From an uncultured Candidatus Saccharibacteria bacterium (GTDB lineage: Bacteria > Patescibacteriota > Minisyncoccia > UBA6257 > GWB1-50-10), in the NCBI GenBank assembly GCA_964639325.1, contig CAZXDO010000006.1, forward strand, positions 1 through 50,826: 50,826 nucleotides of DNA, read 5' to 3'. Under the pieces are notes generated by a model. That model ran no database searches, was not told the origin of the DNA, and worked only from the letters and a program-made list of their open reading frames with translations. The first letter of the stretch is position 1; every line of letters begins with the position of its first letter. Shown piece by piece: positions 50,693 to 50,826 of this stretch. Position numbers and translations under genes: made by a program.

Positions 50693-50826
50693 CACGAATG
50701 AAATGAGTGATGACGGGTATGGATTCAAACCATTTTGCCCCGTGTTGGAAAGTATCTAAACCCACGGGTTTTCAAAGTCAGGGGGTCGGGGCAAAATATG
50801 TGTTTATGTGAGATTCCTTCCCCGGC
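50693..50826 (+). repeat. GC-rich repeat, element C, ending in a second copy of the tRNA-Gln 3' end
   Basis: 11-bp stem 50732-50742 / 50787-50797. Contains CCCCGTGTTGGAA and GGGGGTCGGGG blocks. GATTCCTTCCCCGGC 50812-50826 repeats 50676-50690, and the window ends inside it. Confidence 0.8.

Noticed and set aside
50439-50765. ORFs 50439-50636 (+) and 50580-50765 (-).
   Set aside because: They overlap tRNA-Gln, the RRM gene leader and repeat element C. There is no coding signal.

Overview
Low-GC, densely packed bacterial housekeeping region, almost all on the + strand up to about 44.6 kb. By inference it looks like an uncultivated small-genome lineage such as CPR/Patescibacteria. Supporting traits: ProRS without an editing domain, RpoA without the alpha-CTD, Lys/Glu-rich tails on core proteins, a type IV pilin, a serpin, and tRNAs without encoded CCA.

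Gene order:
- Nudix, YqeY, then a 3-gene secreted/surface-protein operon and two unknown proteins.
- infA-rpmJ-rpsM-rpsK-rpsD-rpoA-rplQ-rplM-rpsI.
- mreB, holB, frr, rseP, proS.
- A second mreB with mreC-mreD-PBP2, then greA, lysS, serS and a pilin.
- A CIRCE-controlled hrcA-grpE-dnaK-(membrane protein)-dnaJ operon.
- L10 leader, rplJ-rplL, tRNA-Val, a zinc-ribbon orphan, UDG, argS, serpin.
- mraZ-rsmH-ftsL-ftsI-murF, tRNA-Glu, membrane proteins, rmuC, a nucleotidyltransferase, tRNA-Pro.
- mpg, a membrane protein, an ATP-cone protein, an RRM protein, tRNA-Gln.

No transposase, integrase, CRISPR array, rRNA or recognisable defence genes were seen.

The most unusual content is non-coding:
1. A near-identical 33-nt GC hairpin, usually abutting an exact DnaA-box 9-mer (TTATCCACA), recurs at five 3' ends.
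2. A mosaic family of GC-rich hairpin-forming repeats lies next to at least four of the five tRNA genes. It comes with duplicated tRNA termini at tRNA-Glu, tRNA-Gln and tRNA-Pro.
3. A 266-bp element of nested perfect inverted repeats lies between greA and lysS.
4. A cluster of same-orientation TGTGGATAA boxes lies in the mraZ leader.

Functions for all four are inferred, not demonstrated.
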